Translations under genes and position numbers: made by a program | In this document: in pieces, positions 36,069-40,290 of the stretch | Layout: the number at the start of each line of letters is the position of its first letter | Numbering within the stretch: the first letter of the stretch is position 1 | DNA from: Tubiluchus corallicola | Lineage: Eukaryota; Animalia; Priapulida | Length of the DNA: 40,290 nucleotides | Direction: 5' to 3' | NCBI GenBank assembly: GCA_030141605.1 | Contig: JAQGDQ010001455.1 | Coordinates: forward strand, 1 to 40,290 | The notes under the pieces: model-generated | What the model was told of the DNA's origin: nothing | Seen by the model: the letters and a program-made list of their open reading frames with translations, nothing else | The model's database searches: none

Positions 36069-36180
36069 AGTTATTATGTTCTGACAAGCGAAACGGAAAT
36101 CAATGACTCCTGAAAACAGGATGAAAATGTTTATTAAAATTAAGCATTAAATAGTGCAGGTGAGAGAAACAGGGACAGTA

Positions 36181-36897
<717 letters not shown>

Positions 36898-37790
36898 GTA
36901 TTGTATCACTACTGATTCAGAAAATAAAGCTTATGAGATATAAAACGAAACTCACCTGTATTCTACTTGATTTATCAGTGTCTTAGCACTTACCATTAGA
37001 ACTTCTTCATACATAGCAAAATAACTTATTAGTAGTTAAAGGAGGGAGTTAGCAAAAACTCTATATGTTAACAAATTAGCCACCCTTTTAGTTAAAGTTA
37101 TTACAAAAAAAAATATAGGGACTATTTAAGCTGCGATGAAACAAAAAAAATCCTGCCAAACTGAAAATATAATAATGAAAGAATGATAATAAAAAAGAAT
37201 CAAAGTAGTTTTAATTAGCAAAGCAATACACAAAAATAAAAAAACAAAAGCAAACATAAGCAAAACGAATTTTATATATATATATGTATATATTGTATAT
37301 AGTCTATTATAATTTGCGAGTAACATTATAATGTATATTTTGTTTTAAATTTTTGGCACAGCAGTTTTTAGTTTGCACTGGGCGCATTTGCCTTTAACAG
37401 TTGTGTGAATTTTATTCTCATGCTGCGATGTTCTTTTATGCTTTTATAGTTATGAATATCGATATATATATAATTTTTATTTTGAATATAAAGCACAGTC
37501 ATTGCAAATATAAAACTAGAAGCGAGCAACCGGAAGTGGACAGGTAAATTTCAAGGACAAAGTCACAGTTTCCGGAATCAAGCGTGATATTTGAAGGTGC
37601 GTTCAACAGTGTGGGTTTGCCCAAGCTGTAACTAAGTGTGGCAGTTTCTATAGCTGCTCTTTGAAGGGGACACCACAGTGTAATCGAACGGATCTGTTTT
37701 TCTGTGCGAAGGTTTTCCAGTGAAGCGTCTCTAGTGTCAGTACAGCGGAGTACTAATCTCTACAAACTTGAGAACCTCAAGGTAAGTAAA

Positions 37791-38518
37791 AGCTACTCCA
37801 TGTGCGCGTAATGCGCAATTCGTGATACGTGGTGCGTAATGCGTATTGACTGTTTTCATATGTCCATGAACGATGTATGTATTAACAAAGCTCACAGCGT
37901 TCTTTCCGAATAATAGTGTAGGAAACTCGCTGTAATCACCTAGGCAACGGGGATTTCCTGTCTGCGTATTGCTGCGCGATGCGTGTTCAGACGATAGCGA
38001 TCACGTACGAGTAAATAGTCACGTACTACACATCACGCATTACGTACTACGCATTGCGTATACACGGAAACACTTCCATATGTTTAAATTTAAACAGCTG
38101 TATACGCATTACGTATCACGCATTAAGGATTACGCATTACATACACATGGAAACGCTTCTACATGTTTAAATATAAACAGCTGTATACGCATTACGGATT
38201 ACGCATTTCATACACATGGAAACACTTCTACATGTTTAAATATAAACAGCTGTATACGCATTACGGATTACGCATTGCATACACATGGAAAAACTTCTAC
38301 ATGTTTAAATATAAAAGCTGTATACGCATTACGGATTACGCATTACATACACATGGAAACACTTCTACGTGTTTAAATATAAACAGCTGTATACGCAATA
38401 CGGATTACGGATTACATACACATGGAAACACTTCTACATGTTTAAATATAATCTGTTGTATACGAAATACGCATTACGGATCACGCATTACGCATTATGC
38501 GCGCATGGAGTCGTAGCT
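37791..38518. mobile_element. Mirror copy of the TIR element with ~69-bp repeat
   Basis: Reverse complement of 3140-3875. Confidence 0.6.
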
Positions 38519-39171
38519 TTAGTTTTTCTTAAATGGATCTACTATACATTTTGCTGTAAGGTTCTGGTGATTGAAGACCATTTCTTGAAAGACATTATAC
38601 ACGCACAACAATGCCGTAACAACATGGAGATACAATATTGTAAAACTTAGTTCCACACAATGTCAATGTAGGCCGATGACGTTGCCACGATATTGTGCGA
38701 TCAGATTTCTGCAACATAGATGCATCTAGTGGGAATGTGTGTACACAATACGGTAACAATGCTATCATATTAGTTTAGTTTAAACATAATTTATTTAGGA
38801 TTGGATCAGACAGCTTGAACAACACGATTTAGGATCCTCACCACAACTAACTGTATACACTATTTACAAAAACCTGTACAGTAAGAATAGGCTATAACTA
38901 CACAAGCTGATAAGTTTTACTACAAGATTACATTAAACATTAGTAACATTTACAGTAAGAATAGACTATAACTACACAAACTGACAAGTTTTACTGCAGG
39001 GTTACATTAGGCATTAGTAGAAAAAGACGGTTAGAAAATATTAATGTACGAATATTTAAGACTGATGCATTTCATATCAGATAGAAACAACTGGAAGCGT
39101 TTAATACGTAATATAAAGTCATATTACGTAGTCTTGTATTTCCTCAATGTGACGACGATGCAGCATTTATA

Positions 39172-39405
39172 CAATGTTTGTACAAATAATTTATACAAAG
39201 ATGCAATGTTTGTACAAATAATTTATACAAAGATGCAATGTTTGTACAAATAATTTATACAAAGATGCAATGTTTGTACAAATAATTTATACAACGATGC
39301 AATGTTTGTACAAATAATTTATACAAAGATGCAATGTTTGTACAAATATTTCATGCAAAGATACAATGTTTGTACAAATAATTTATACAAAGATACAATG
39401 TTTGT
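39172..39405. repeat. 32-bp minisatellite, mirror copy
   Basis: Reverse complement of 2330-2563. Confidence 0.92.
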
Positions 39406-39608
39406 ATTTTAGTTGTTTCGATATTTTCATGTAGACAGCCAGTGTTTTAAGATTCTCCCAATAATGCAAATTGTTGGCCCCTAAGTCTATATTGCTGTTA
39501 GAAGTAGGAAGTACATCATCATTTTGGAATGAGTTACATTCTGATTTAAGAAATTGGTGGTACACAAAATTATAAAAAGTGCCGCTAGAGGTCATGATTC
39601 GTTGTCTC

Positions 39609-40290
<682 letters not shown>

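Overview
AT-rich eukaryotic DNA, probably an invertebrate animal (GT-AG introns, RTE/CR1-type LINE remnants, MITEs, a ZIP1/3-type transporter fragment); the species cannot be identified from this window. The main content is a multi-copy, spliced gene for a ~558-aa berberine-bridge-enzyme (BBE)-like FAD-linked oxidase with an N-terminal signal peptide and a GPI-signal-like C-terminus. Copy A is on + (coding exons 5602-5810, 9850-10114, 10364-10570, 13151-14146). Copy B is on - (36068-35860, 31987-31723, 31479-31273, 28174-27179). The first coding exon of copy C is on - (1268-1060), head-to-head with A. The copies lie in nested inverted repeats: ~1400-15425 is mirrored by ~25905-40290 around a ~10.5-kb centre, and 1-~2100 mirrors ~4800-6890. 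The centre holds two oppositely oriented arrays of a 45-bp satellite, a 5'-truncated ZIP zinc transporter fused to one array, and transposon remnants. Five A/C-only tracts equal the surrounding repeat unit with every G and T removed. This points to a consensus artefact, so the large palindrome should be validated against reads.
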